The position numbers were made by a program, and so were the translations under genes. Shown piece after piece: positions 1 through 8,605 of a stretch of DNA of 64,000 nucleotides (positions are counted from its first letter, which is position 1; each line of letters opens with the position of its first letter). The stretch is taken from contig JAILCI010000024.1 of the NCBI GenBank assembly GCA_024686335.1, forward strand, positions 50,024 to 114,023, read 5' to 3'. Origin of the DNA: Bacteroidales bacterium. Its GTDB lineage: Bacteria; Bacteroidota; Bacteroidia; Bacteroidales; WCHB1-69. Under the pieces are notes generated by a model. The model did not search any database. It saw only the letters and a list, made by a program, of their open reading frames with translations, and was not told the origin of the DNA.

Positions 1-305
1 TTGAATAATGCTCTTTTAAAGGTGCCAATATGAGTCAAATAGCTAGTATTAAAATAAAACTTTAGATTTTTTATTTTTTCAACAAGTGTTGAATTGTTCT
101 CAGTTGGCGTTTTTTCATTTTTATCTCTTATGATATATCTAAATCGCTCATTTTGTCTAGTAATATAATCGGATAAGGCAAGAATGCCCTTCACTACTGT
201 GGATTTTCCAGCATTATTCTCTCCAACAAAAATTGTGATTGGAGCGAGATCTATATTTGGAAAATTTTCAAATTTTCTAAAATTTTTAAAACCAATTTTT
301 CTCAT
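1..305 (-). CDS. P-loop ATPase (AAA_15/AAA_21-like), N-terminal ~101 codons; gene continues past the left edge
   Basis: Absent from the ORF track because the frame is open to position 1. The minus-strand ATG at 305 reads MRKIGFKNFRKFENFPNIDLAPITIFVGENNAGKSTVVKGILALSDYI... GENNAGKST is a Walker A loop in the N-terminal context typical of OLD/AbiL/PtuA-type ATPases. A minus-strand TAttTTTG -7 box lies at 377-384. Confidence 0.75.
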   Translation of the reverse strand, partial: MRKIGFKNFRKFENFPNIDLAPITIFVGENNAGKSTVVKGILALSDYITRQNERFRYIIRDKNEKTPTENNSTLVEKIKNLKFYFNTSYLTHIGTFKRALF

Positions 306-411
306 TGTTATTATATGTTATTTGTTTTGTTACTATATTCTTATTTCTTATCCTTCAAAGATTATTTTTTTGACTGCAAAAATATCTACAATAGGTTCAT
401 TCTTATTGAAC

Positions 412-1440
412 CTATTCCAAATAATTGTTTGCGGCTCTTGTCAGGCGCTCTTTTATGCTGTCTCTCAGTTCTACAGGTTCCAGAACCTCAATGTTTTCGC
501 CAAAGGACATTAGAAGCTGTTCCAATTCGTAGTTCAGGTAGACTTCTATGGTAATCACAGCTCCGGCGGCGTTTTCGCTGATTGTCTTCTGGGTGCCGTG
601 GAGCGGTTTGGTCTTAATGTAGGGCCATGAGATAGGGGAGACTCGGATCTTAACAAGTTGCGGAGTTGTGCGAGTGTCTTTGGAGACGCCCACCATCTCG
701 TCAAAATAGTCCTGGAAGTCAATGTCGGTAGGGCGATAGGGAATCTTAGCCTCTTTTATCTTCAATATACGGTCGAAAGCGAAAATGGCCAGATAATTGT
801 GTTCGTTGTCCCATGCGAAGAGAAACCAGCGCTTGTTATATTGTTTGAGATAGTATGGGTGTACGATAAACTCTGTGCTGGAGTCAGATTTGAAGTTTTG
901 GTATTTGATATTTAAAGTCTGTTTTGATATGATAGCGTTGAACAAGGGCGTGAAGTTTTTGAGACCTTCAAGGTCCATATTCTCATCGAATCCAACTACC
1001 TCATCTGTGGATGTTTCATCAATTTTCAGAGTTGTTCCTAATCGTTCTGCGATTTCGTTTACCCAGTCGAACTGCGGCATCCCTTTGAAGCGCTTCAGGA
1101 GTGTGATGGTCTGGGTTAGTTGGATAATCTCGTCTGGTTTGAGGGCTGGTCTATAGATAGAGAAGTCCGGGTCCTCATAACGATGGTAGATGTTTCTGCC
1201 TTCACGAATTCTTATTATACCTCCATTGGGGTAGAGACGTTGGATCTGCTCCATGTCGTTGCGTATAGAGTTCTTGGAAGTGATGGGCTTGAAATCGCGC
1301 CGTTCCAACTCCTCATTGCACAAGTCGAACATCATCTCCGTTGTAAACTTGCGTTTCTTATCGCTAAGACAGCGGTCGATGACCTTAATGCGAACCTCGG
1401 AACTTCTGGAATTTGGCATAAAATGGTAGTTTTTTGACAA
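412..1440 (-). CDS. WYL-domain transcriptional regulator (HTH - WYL - C-terminal extension)
   Basis: 342 aa. The central YYLKQYNKRWFLFAWDNEHNYLAIFAFDRI resembles the WYL-domain core. The N-terminal third is HTH-like, and size and layout match BrxR/CapW-type regulators. The hairpin GGTTCA-N7-TGAACC at 393-411 sits directly after the stop. Confidence 0.8.
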   Translation of the reverse strand: MSKNYHFMPNSRSSEVRIKVIDRCLSDKKRKFTTEMMFDLCNEELERRDFKPITSKNSIRNDMEQIQRLYPNGGIIRIREGRNIYHRYEDPDFSIYRPALKPDEIIQLTQTITLLKRFKGMPQFDWVNEIAERLGTTLKIDETSTDEVVGFDENMDLEGLKNFTPLFNAIISKQTLNIKYQNFKSDSSTEFIVHPYYLKQYNKRWFLFAWDNEHNYLAIFAFDRILKIKEAKIPYRPTDIDFQDYFDEMVGVSKDTRTTPQLVKIRVSPISWPYIKTKPLHGTQKTISENAAGAVITIEVYLNYELEQLLMSFGENIEVLEPVELRDSIKERLTRAANNYLE

Positions 1441-1447
1441 TCGGCAG

Positions 1448-1542
1448 CAAAAGTAACAAATTCCAATATATTTTTGACATAAAAGTTATGAGATGTTGGG
1501 AAAAATTCCGAATAGATTTTGTACTTTTGCCACATAATTTTG
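1448..1542. promoter_or_regulatory. Divergent promoter region between the WYL regulator and helicase genes
   Basis: The Bacteroidota -7 motif TAnnTTTG occurs on the minus strand at 1448-1455 (TActTTTG, 8 nt before the WYL ATG). It occurs twice on the plus strand, at 1522-1529 (TActTTTG) and 1535-1542 (TAatTTTG). Confidence 0.55.
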
Positions 1543-4491
1543 CAGATTTTGGCTTTTCATTTTGTACTAATAACAATCACTTCTACAGCGGCTGTTGTGA
1601 TAGCAGTCTGTTTAATAATTGCTGGTATTTTTCTTGCTCGTTATATTGTCATGAGAATTGGTGAAGATACATTCAATCAGTTGGTTGCGGGTCTTAAGAG
1701 GAAAATAACGCCAGCCTTTAATGAGATTCAAACTATAATTCAACCTACTCGTCTGGTTTCCGATGAGGAAGTTGCTGCAATGAGTAAAAAGTATAATCCA
1801 TTGCTAGTTGAAATATATAAACTTGAAAAGCATAGATACTTTGACGAGCGTGTTTTTCAGGAGTCTGGTATTAATTCATTTAAATCTTTGCTGAAAAATA
1901 TTAAGCAAAGAAAGGAGGAAAATAATCAAATATACAATGCTATTGCTGATTTGAAACCTGTTGCCGCCTCAATGGCAATGAAATCTCAATCTTTACTTCA
2001 TCCCTCACACTATTTTACTTACTCTGAATATGAAGAATTCCTTGTTTCATATCAGTCGATAAAACCCAAAATCGACAAGGTCTTCCCTAAATATTCCAAG
2101 TTTGTTAGCGATGATGAAACTAAGAAATTACCAGCGCTAGTGAGAGATTTAAAGGGTGAGCGTTCTAAGCATAACAATCAGTTCATACAACAAGAGATAG
2201 AAGATAACAAATCTTATTTTGACACTGTGCTCGGTTCATATCCTTTGGATGCGCAACAACGTGATTCTATCGTAAAATTGGAAGATAACTGTCTGGTTAT
2301 AGCCAGTGCTGGAAGTGGTAAGACGTCCACTATTGTAGGAAAGGCGAAATATTTGGTGGAAAAGCAAAATATTGATCCAGAAAAAATAATACTTCTAACA
2401 TATACTAAGAAAGCTGCCTTCGAATTGTCAGAGCGCATCAAGATTCCGAATCTCAGCACAGGAACTTTCCATAGTTTGGCATATCATATTATTGCAGAAG
2501 TGACAGGACAAGCGCCGTCTATCTGTAGTAATGATGTTCCGCTTAACGTATTTAGAAAGTTGATACAGGGAAATCATGATTTTCTTCATGCAGTAAATGA
2601 TTACTTGATTAATAAGCAGTCACTTATGAAGCTGGAGCATGACTATACGGATTCTTTTTCGTATTTTGAGGATAGGAAGAAGTATGGTATCCAAGCTATT
2701 TTCTCGGATATGGATGATAAAATCATCTTTACTCGGAGTGAAGAGGAAAAGCGAATTTGCTCAATCCTTACCCAACTGGGTATTCAGTTTCGCTATGAAG
2801 CTAGCTATATAATTGACACACGCACTCCGGAACGTCGCCAATATAAACCGGATTTTACCATATACTTTAAAGATAAGCGAGGTCAGCAACAGTGTATTTA
2901 TTTGGAACATTTTGCCATTGACCGTAACGGTCAGACCCCAAGATGGTTTGGAGAAGGAACCAATGGTGGTTGGTCTGCCGCAAATCAGAGATATTTAGAA
3001 GGTATCCGATGGAAACGTAGAACGCATCGTGAGTATGGTACTGTCTTGATAGAAACAACCAGTGCAAATTTTCATGATGGTTCGATAGAGCAAGTGCTCG
3101 TTAATCAATTAATTGTGAATGGAGTCCCGATCAATCATCGTTCTGATAAAGAATTGTATGATTTAATGATTCAGCGCAATCGTCAGTTGGAAAAGACGGT
3201 CTTTACACTGCTTCTTTCATTTATCACATTGATGAAAGCTAATGAGAAGACTATTGATGGATTGTTGGATACTTTAAATAATGCTGAGGCGCTTTCGTCG
3301 GAAAATGACGCGCGAAATCGTTTTATACTTAAAGAGGTTGTTAAACCATTTTTCGAAGCTTACCAATCCGAACTGGATAGTAAGTATGAGATGGATTTTA
3401 CGGATGCTATTATTCAAGCTACGACTCTTTGCAGAGAAGGATTGTGGAAACAGTATGATTATATTTTGGTCGATGAGTTTCAAGACATTTCAGTTGACAG
3501 ATATAAGTTTTTGCAGGCACTTCGATCTGAGAAACCAAAGACGAAACTCTATTGTGTAGGTGATGATTGGCAATCTATCTTTAGATTTGCCGGCAGTGAC
3601 ATGTCACTTTTCTATGATTTTGAAAATTATTTTGGATACACGGAATTATGTAAGATAGAAACAACGTATCGATTCCATCAGCCATTGATAGACAAGTCGT
3701 CTGCTTTTATCATGAAAAACAGTGCTCAAAAGAGAAAGACCATCAAAACTCCTGCAGGGGATAGAAAAAAAACCTATTTGAATTTTGTAAAATGTGAATC
3801 TGATGACGGTGGCGTTTTAAATAGGGTAGAAGAGATTGTTAATGACATACCCATAAATGAATCCATTCTCATCATAGGCAGGTACAATCACGATGCTAAG
3901 TCTGTTGGTTTTAATGGAAAAATAGATATGAAAGACAATCGGATAAAGGTTACAATATCTGGTCGTGAAATTTTCTTCCTGTCAGTCCATTCAGCTAAAG
4001 GATTGGAGGCGGATCACGTTATTTTAGTTAATTGTAATCAAGGAGCATATGGTTTTCCTTCGCTTATTGAGGATGATCCGATTCTGGACTTCGTATTAAG
4101 TAAATCAGATCAGTATCCCTTTGCAGAAGAACGTCGATTGTTTTACGTTGCTATGACCAGGGCTAAGAAAAAGATGTATGTTTTGTATGATCGGAGACGA
4201 CCTTCACCTTTTATAAGTGAGTTCATGCTTAAGTTGGAGATAGGGTCATATTTATGTCCCAAATGTCTTGAGGGTAAGATGATTCCCATTAAAGAAGGAA
4301 CAACCTCAAATGGATCTTCATATCGGTCATTCATTTGTAGTAACAACGAGGCCGGTTGCGATTTCTTTGAAACGCGTTACGGTAATTTAACACCTCCGGG
4401 AACGCGTATTACAGAAGATATGACAGCTCAAGATGTGGAGCGTTTGCGTGAAATCCGGAGAAAGGCTAGGAGAGTGGCCGGAGTCCGTTAG
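1519..4491 (+). CDS. UvrD/Rep-type SF1 helicase with embedded PD-(D/E)xK-like nuclease module and C-terminal C4 zinc ribbon
   Basis: 990-codon frame. Helicase motifs: Walker A IASAGSGKTSTIVGKAKY (~nt 2300), ILVDEFQDIS, CVGDDWQSIFRFAGS, SVHSAKGLEADHVILV and RRLFYVAMTRAKKKMYVLY. The insert EEEKRICSILTQLGIQFRYE...YKPDFTIYF...IYLEHFAID (~nt 2737-2940) has a restriction-endonuclease-like D...E-x-(K/H) pattern. The C-terminus CPKC...CSNNEAGC (~nt 4257-4375) looks like a topoisomerase-type zinc ribbon. The track start (TTG 1519) lies upstream of the predicted -7 boxes. The real start is therefore probably TTG 1549 (keeps the hydrophobic segment ITITSTAAVVIAVCLIIAGIFLA) or ATG 1651. Confidence 0.85.
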   Translation: MYFCHIILQILAFHFVLITITSTAAVVIAVCLIIAGIFLARYIVMRIGEDTFNQLVAGLKRKITPAFNEIQTIIQPTRLVSDEEVAAMSKKYNPLLVEIYKLEKHRYFDERVFQESGINSFKSLLKNIKQRKEENNQIYNAIADLKPVAASMAMKSQSLLHPSHYFTYSEYEEFLVSYQSIKPKIDKVFPKYSKFVSDDETKKLPALVRDLKGERSKHNNQFIQQEIEDNKSYFDTVLGSYPLDAQQRDSIVKLEDNCLVIASAGSGKTSTIVGKAKYLVEKQNIDPEKIILLTYTKKAAFELSERIKIPNLSTGTFHSLAYHIIAEVTGQAPSICSNDVPLNVFRKLIQGNHDFLHAVNDYLINKQSLMKLEHDYTDSFSYFEDRKKYGIQAIFSDMDDKIIFTRSEEEKRICSILTQLGIQFRYEASYIIDTRTPERRQYKPDFTIYFKDKRGQQQCIYLEHFAIDRNGQTPRWFGEGTNGGWSAANQRYLEGIRWKRRTHREYGTVLIETTSANFHDGSIEQVLVNQLIVNGVPINHRSDKELYDLMIQRNRQLEKTVFTLLLSFITLMKANEKTIDGLLDTLNNAEALSSENDARNRFILKEVVKPFFEAYQSELDSKYEMDFTDAIIQATTLCREGLWKQYDYILVDEFQDISVDRYKFLQALRSEKPKTKLYCVGDDWQSIFRFAGSDMSLFYDFENYFGYTELCKIETTYRFHQPLIDKSSAFIMKNSAQKRKTIKTPAGDRKKTYLNFVKCESDDGGVLNRVEEIVNDIPINESILIIGRYNHDAKSVGFNGKIDMKDNRIKVTISGREIFFLSVHSAKGLEADHVILVNCNQGAYGFPSLIEDDPILDFVLSKSDQYPFAEERRLFYVAMTRAKKKMYVLYDRRRPSPFISEFMLKLEIGSYLCPKCLEGKMIPIKEGTTSNGSSYRSFICSNNEAGCDFFETRYGNLTPPGTRITEDMTAQDVERLREIRRKARRVAGVR

Positions 4492-4503
4492 AGAGAGTTT
4501 GTA

Positions 4504-5196
4504 TTAGATTACTCCTCCAAACAAACGTTGAATGTTCTCGTAGGCAGGTATATAGGCAGCAATCTTGCTGTACTGTTTGGTGTGTAATATAGGTATTACT
4601 TTTATCTTTCTGTTTGAACTTAGTTCATAACAATTACCGCATATATCCAGAAAGCCCTTGGGCTTTGAATGCTCATAATATGGCGGATTGCTTTTTAAGC
4701 CATTTTCTTTGGGTTTAGCTTTTTCGACAAAGTCTGTTCCCGATTGATAAAAGTTGAAATAATGCAGCCAATAATTAACCTGTTCGGACATGGGAAAAAC
4801 ATATTCAATAGTATCATGTTGAGCTATGATCTCATTTAACCGTTCAACACCTTTTTGGGCTATTTCTTCAGGAATCAAAATGGTTTTGTTCTTAGGCCTG
4901 TTTTCCCCACCATCTGTCAAGTCCAGATTACATAGATTGGTGACATATATTTCTTCCGCCTTGTATTTATGGTTCGTCACGTCCAACACCTGCTTGAAAC
5001 TATTAGCAGCTAGATTGTATTTACTTTTTTCGGGTCCGCTCTTAGGCTCGTCTCGGAAATAATAATCTGCGTATAATGAATGTTTGGGGAAATCCTTAGA
5101 CGATTGCAGTCCAGGATCGTGTCCAATCAGCAATACTTTTGGTTTTACCTTTAATTCCTTAAGTGGGTTCCAGTCTTGACACTCTCTGTTTTTCAT
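4504..5196 (-). CDS. Divergent uracil-DNA-glycosylase-superfamily (UDG-fold) protein
   Basis: 230 aa. KVLLIGHDPG resembles UDG motif A (G-x-x-P-G/Y). It is followed by YVTNLCN and a C-terminal IPILHT that could be the motif-B histidine. No closer family was recognised. A minus-strand TAtcTTTG box lies at 5265-5272. The stop is only 12 bp from the convergent helicase stop. Confidence 0.5.
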   Translation of the reverse strand: MKNRECQDWNPLKELKVKPKVLLIGHDPGLQSSKDFPKHSLYADYYFRDEPKSGPEKSKYNLAANSFKQVLDVTNHKYKAEEIYVTNLCNLDLTDGGENRPKNKTILIPEEIAQKGVERLNEIIAQHDTIEYVFPMSEQVNYWLHYFNFYQSGTDFVEKAKPKENGLKSNPPYYEHSKPKGFLDICGNCYELSSNRKIKVIPILHTKQYSKIAAYIPAYENIQRLFGGVI

Positions 5197-5507
5197 AATT
5201 GTTTGATGTGAAATTGTTTTTGACGAAAGTTGATTGAAAACAGAATTAATTCGTTTTACAATTGCAAAGATATATTTTTTTAGAATATTTTAAATGTTGT
5301 TCCTGCCATGCATTGTTGTATGTTTAAAAAATAACTATGTAATGACCTGCTGCCACGGAGAGCAAGCCGGATCCGACTTTGCGAAAAGTGATGGGGTTTG
5401 CGGAAAGAAACGGCTTTGACGGCTTTGTGGTTCCCACAGCGCCAATCCCGTGAAATATTTCAATATGTAACAGCTTCAGACCATCTGGATTCTATTCGAA
5501 AAAAAAT

Positions 5508-5556
5508 ACCGTGGCAATCTTGGTATTTCAAAAATATTTTGTAATTTTGCCACGGT
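5508..5556. promoter_or_regulatory. Operator-like inverted repeat overlapping the XRE-gene promoter
   Basis: ACCGTGGCAA (5508-5517) and TTGCCACGGT (5547-5556) form perfect 10-bp arms around a 29-bp AT-rich spacer. The right arm overlaps the TAatTTTG -7 box at 5542-5549, about 40 nt upstream of the XRE ATG. An extra half-site TGCCACGG lies at 5351-5358. Confidence 0.6.
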
Positions 5557-5595
5557 TTTGTTTTGGGCTTTTGAGTCTGGAAAACCGATTGAAAC

Positions 5596-5940
5596 ATGAA
5601 AAACAGTATGAAAGAAATTATCGGAAGAAATCTTAGAATCCTTAGGGAAGAGAGTGGTTTTACCCAAGAAAATGTGGCTGAATATCTTAATATCGGCCGT
5701 TCGGCATATGCTAATTATGAAGCGGGAGAGCGGGAGATGCCGTTGGAAATCTTGGAGAAAGCTGCAGTCCTCTTCGGTTGTGAGCTGAGCCTGCTCTTTG
5801 AGGAGGATCAGGAGGCGGTGAAGACTGAACTCTCCTGCGCATTCCGCGCCAACAACTTGTCTGCCAGTGATATGCAGGAGGTCTCCGCATTCAAGAAAAT
5901 TGTCCTTAACTACCTTAAAATGGAAAGACTACTATCGTAA
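5596..5940 (+). CDS. XRE-family helix-turn-helix transcriptional regulator
   Basis: 114 aa. IGRNLRILREESGFTQENVAEYLNIGRSAYANYEAGEREMPLEILEKAAVLFGC is a canonical Cro/C1-type HTH. Confidence 0.9.
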   Translation: MKNSMKEIIGRNLRILREESGFTQENVAEYLNIGRSAYANYEAGEREMPLEILEKAAVLFGCELSLLFEEDQEAVKTELSCAFRANNLSASDMQEVSAFKKIVLNYLKMERLLS

Positions 5941-6674
5941 TGAAAAAGATCAACCTGGAAACTGCGGACCTCATGGCCGCCAAAATGCGCAGCGAATATC
6001 TTAGGATATCCAGCAGCGAACCTGTCAACATGAAGACAACCCTCCGTCAACTGAACATCCTGACGCTATATCGCCCATTGTCAGACGAACTGTTTGGCTT
6101 CTCACTTGTCACGTCGGACCGGCAGCACCGTTTTATGCTGGTCAATAGTAATAGCACCCGTGGCAGGCAACACTTTACCATTGCCCACGAGCTTTACCAC
6201 CTCTATTTTGATGAGAATCCCAAACCACATTTCTGTGGTGTGTCGAACTTGGCTGATCCTGCCGAACGTTCAGCCAATCTTTTTGCTTCCGCTTTGCTGA
6301 TGCCCAAAGACGGTCTGCTCCAGAACATATCCGCCAGCGAACTCAGCAGCAAGGAGGTAAATGTTGACACGTTACTTCGCTTGGAACAACTCTATGGGAT
6401 ATCACACCGTACACTGGTTGTACGCCTCAAAGAACTTCATGTCATAACTCCTTCGTATGCAGAAACAATGCTAGGGCTAACCATTACTCAGGAGTCGTTG
6501 TCGCGTGGTTACGATCTCGCCCTCTATTATAAAGGTAATGAAGGTCTCATAATTGGCGATTTCGGTTCCAAAGCGCGCAGACTTTTTGATGAAGACCGCA
6601 TCTCGGAAGGACACTACCTTGAACTTCTCAATCTCATAGGCTATGGAAAAAGTGAAGATTGTGTTAGATGCTGA
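5940..6674 (+). CDS. ImmA/IrrE-family zinc metallopeptidase (COG2856)
   Basis: 244 aa. It has an HEXXH motif in FTIAHELYHLYFD and a downstream ANLFASALLMP typical of the family. Its start overlaps the XRE stop by 1 nt (TAATG at 5938-5942). Confidence 0.85.
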   Translation: MKKINLETADLMAAKMRSEYLRISSSEPVNMKTTLRQLNILTLYRPLSDELFGFSLVTSDRQHRFMLVNSNSTRGRQHFTIAHELYHLYFDENPKPHFCGVSNLADPAERSANLFASALLMPKDGLLQNISASELSSKEVNVDTLLRLEQLYGISHRTLVVRLKELHVITPSYAETMLGLTITQESLSRGYDLALYYKGNEGLIIGDFGSKARRLFDEDRISEGHYLELLNLIGYGKSEDCVRC

Positions 6675-7152
6675 TGTGCTGATACATTTTTCCAAAGGTG
6701 AAATGTTGAGCATCTTGCCCGAGATTCTGCCTGAATATGAGTTTGTTATTCTGTCCACCACTTATGATGAGATAATATCTATACGGAATCAGGTTGATAA
6801 TCAGATCAGATTTCTCAAGAATCTCTCTTTGGAAACATTTAGTCCTACCGGAGAAATGTTGCGGGAGTATGCCTTGTTGCTGAATCGCTTCGGCAAAGGC
6901 GAGAGTGCGTGTATGGCCTATTGCAAGTTTACCCGTGATGTGATAGGAAGCAGCAATCTGAAAGATATTAAAGAGTATTGTCAAAAAGAAAAAATAACCT
7001 ACCTGACGACACTCGATTTTCTTTATTATGCCTATGTGAGAGGGAAAATAACTACTGAGCATTGTTCCCAGTTCATTGCGAAAGTAAATGAGAGAGGAAG
7101 TCGGTTGCTTGTAGTCGATATAAGCAGTTATGTGCCTTCTGCCCAGTTGTGA
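6643..7152 (+). CDS. PIN-like nuclease domain protein (possibly DUF4411-type)
   Basis: 169 aa. The N-terminal KIVLDADVLIHF has the first acidic PIN signature. Size and position downstream of XRE-ImmA fit PIN-like third components. The start overlaps the ImmA gene end by 32 nt. Confidence 0.55.
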   Translation: MEKVKIVLDADVLIHFSKGEMLSILPEILPEYEFVILSTTYDEIISIRNQVDNQIRFLKNLSLETFSPTGEMLREYALLLNRFGKGESACMAYCKFTRDVIGSSNLKDIKEYCQKEKITYLTTLDFLYYAYVRGKITTEHCSQFIAKVNERGSRLLVVDISSYVPSAQL

Positions 7153-7237
7153 AAAGCACATGTCAGATTATATATTTTCTTATTTTTGCGAATCTATTAA
7201 CTTAAAGTTGTGCCCGACACGAACTAGGGACAATAAC

Positions 7238-7969
7238 ATGAAAAAAACTATCCTTTTTTGTCTTTTAATGGGTCTTATTACCCTCGCTTTCCCTCAGAAA
7301 AAAGAAGATCTTCTTCAGCAGATCTCGCAGTTGGAAACTCAGATCACTCAGATTAAGGAAAATAATGCAGCTACTCTCTCTGCCGTCCAACAGTCTAACA
7401 AGCTAATGGAGGATCGTCTCGCCGCCCAGGAACAGCAACTCAACAGCAACAAGTCTGAAATCGAGCGACTTAACACCCAGCTTAATAGTTTGGTTGCGCA
7501 GAATAACCAGTATCGCAACCAGATTGACAGTCTCGTGGTTCAATTGCTCGCTGCAAAGAACACCTCTTCTAATGGTATTGCCCATCTGGAGACATTCACC
7601 AACACCAACGCCAAATTCACGGTTCCTGCCGGAAAGACATGGTATGTGTATGGCGTACACACTACCGAGATGGCCGATTATTATGTGCGCGACGAAAACT
7701 GGGGTAAAACTCTCGAGTCGCATCGGATACATGTCCAATTGAAGTCATTGAATGGTCAGCCTGTTAGCAATTCCTCGCAAAATAAGTATGGTGTTTCCTT
7801 CTACTCGGGAAATTATTATAATTTTAATTATCCGATTGTTTTGCCTGAGAATACAACTATAGAATTTGAAATCATTGTCGAAACAGACAGGACTCAAAAG
7901 GATAGAGGGATTTTTTATGAGAAGACCGATGTTCCAGCAGTTATCAGTTATGTGGAGTATGATAATTAG
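7238..7969 (+). CDS. Secreted coiled-coil protein with beta-rich C-terminal domain (hypothetical)
   Basis: The track ORF starts at 7130, but the in-frame ATG at 7238 gives a signal peptide MKKTILFCLLMGLITLAFPQ. A Q/N/L-rich heptad region follows, then a Y/N-rich C-terminal half. No family was recognised. Confidence 0.6.
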   Translation: MKKTILFCLLMGLITLAFPQKKEDLLQQISQLETQITQIKENNAATLSAVQQSNKLMEDRLAAQEQQLNSNKSEIERLNTQLNSLVAQNNQYRNQIDSLVVQLLAAKNTSSNGIAHLETFTNTNAKFTVPAGKTWYVYGVHTTEMADYYVRDENWGKTLESHRIHVQLKSLNGQPVSNSSQNKYGVSFYSGNYYNFNYPIVLPENTTIEFEIIVETDRTQKDRGIFYEKTDVPAVISYVEYDN

Positions 7970-8013
7970 TCAAATTCAAATACTGATGTGCAAGGGGAAT
8001 TGATGTTGGTATA

Positions 8014-8400
8014 TTGAGAATTAATAATTTGAGCAATTTTGAAAGTATGCAAATATCTCACTTTAAAGCCAAAGACATAGATGTTGTGGCGCAGATGGCG
8101 GCCGCATCGTGGGGTGAGGAACAGGGGGCTCTTTCGCCGGAATGTTCCCGTGTTTTTACAGGTCATCTGGCGCGATATAGCTTCTTTTCCTCAGAACTCT
8201 CCCTGCAGGCTTGCGATAGTCAAGGCATCCAGGCGATAGCCTTTGCATGTTTGCCTGGAGAGAAGAATGATGCCAATTTGTGGTTGCGAGATCAGTTACC
8301 ACAATTGAGTTCGGAAGAGCAGCGAGTAGTACTATCCCCTTCATGGATACGAACTGATAGGGCAGGGGCATGTGCCGGAATTCAGCACAGAGGAGAATGA
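8014..8400 (+). pseudogene. Probable 5' fragment of a GNAT-like acetyltransferase
   Basis: MQISHFKAKDIDVVAQMAAASWG...GIQAIAFACL resembles the N-terminal half of small GNAT proteins. No acetyl-CoA motif (Q/R-x-x-G-x-G/A) follows in any frame. The frame ends in an odd Arg/Gly-rich tail. Confidence 0.3.
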
Positions 8401-8480
8401 CTATCAGTATTATATCTTCAGGAAGAGGATAGGGTGATCGCGGGTGTCGCAAAGACGCAGATCAGACGCAATTGTCGCTT

Positions 8481-8503
8481 CTCTACAAAGTGACTCCGTA
8501 CCC
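8481..8503 (+). repeat. Partial copy of the composite intergenic repeat (TACAAAGTG arm only)
   Basis: CTCTACAAAGTGACTCCGTACCC matches the CTC-TACAAAGTGACCCCGCAC arm of the family but lacks the palindrome. It is followed by TTTTCAAT-type 8-mer repeats (8507-8537). Confidence 0.6.
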
Positions 8504-8605
8504 TAACTTTCAATTTTCAATTTTTATTTTTCAATTCATAATTTGTATCTTTGCGGCGTAATAGATTGTCAGTGATTGTTAAACCCATAATCCTTTAAGA
8601 CTGAA

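Noticed and set aside
5340-5450. GC-rich ~110-bp patch between the UDG-like and XRE genes, as a retron-type or other ncRNA or a 25-codon peptide (MTCCHGEQAGSDFAKSDGVCGKKRL).
   Set aside because: Only weak, short pairings were found (TGTGG-ttc-CCACA, AAGCCG/CGGCTT). There is no reverse transcriptase, promoter or terminator. The one solid feature is the operator half-site TGCCACGG, which is reported elsewhere.
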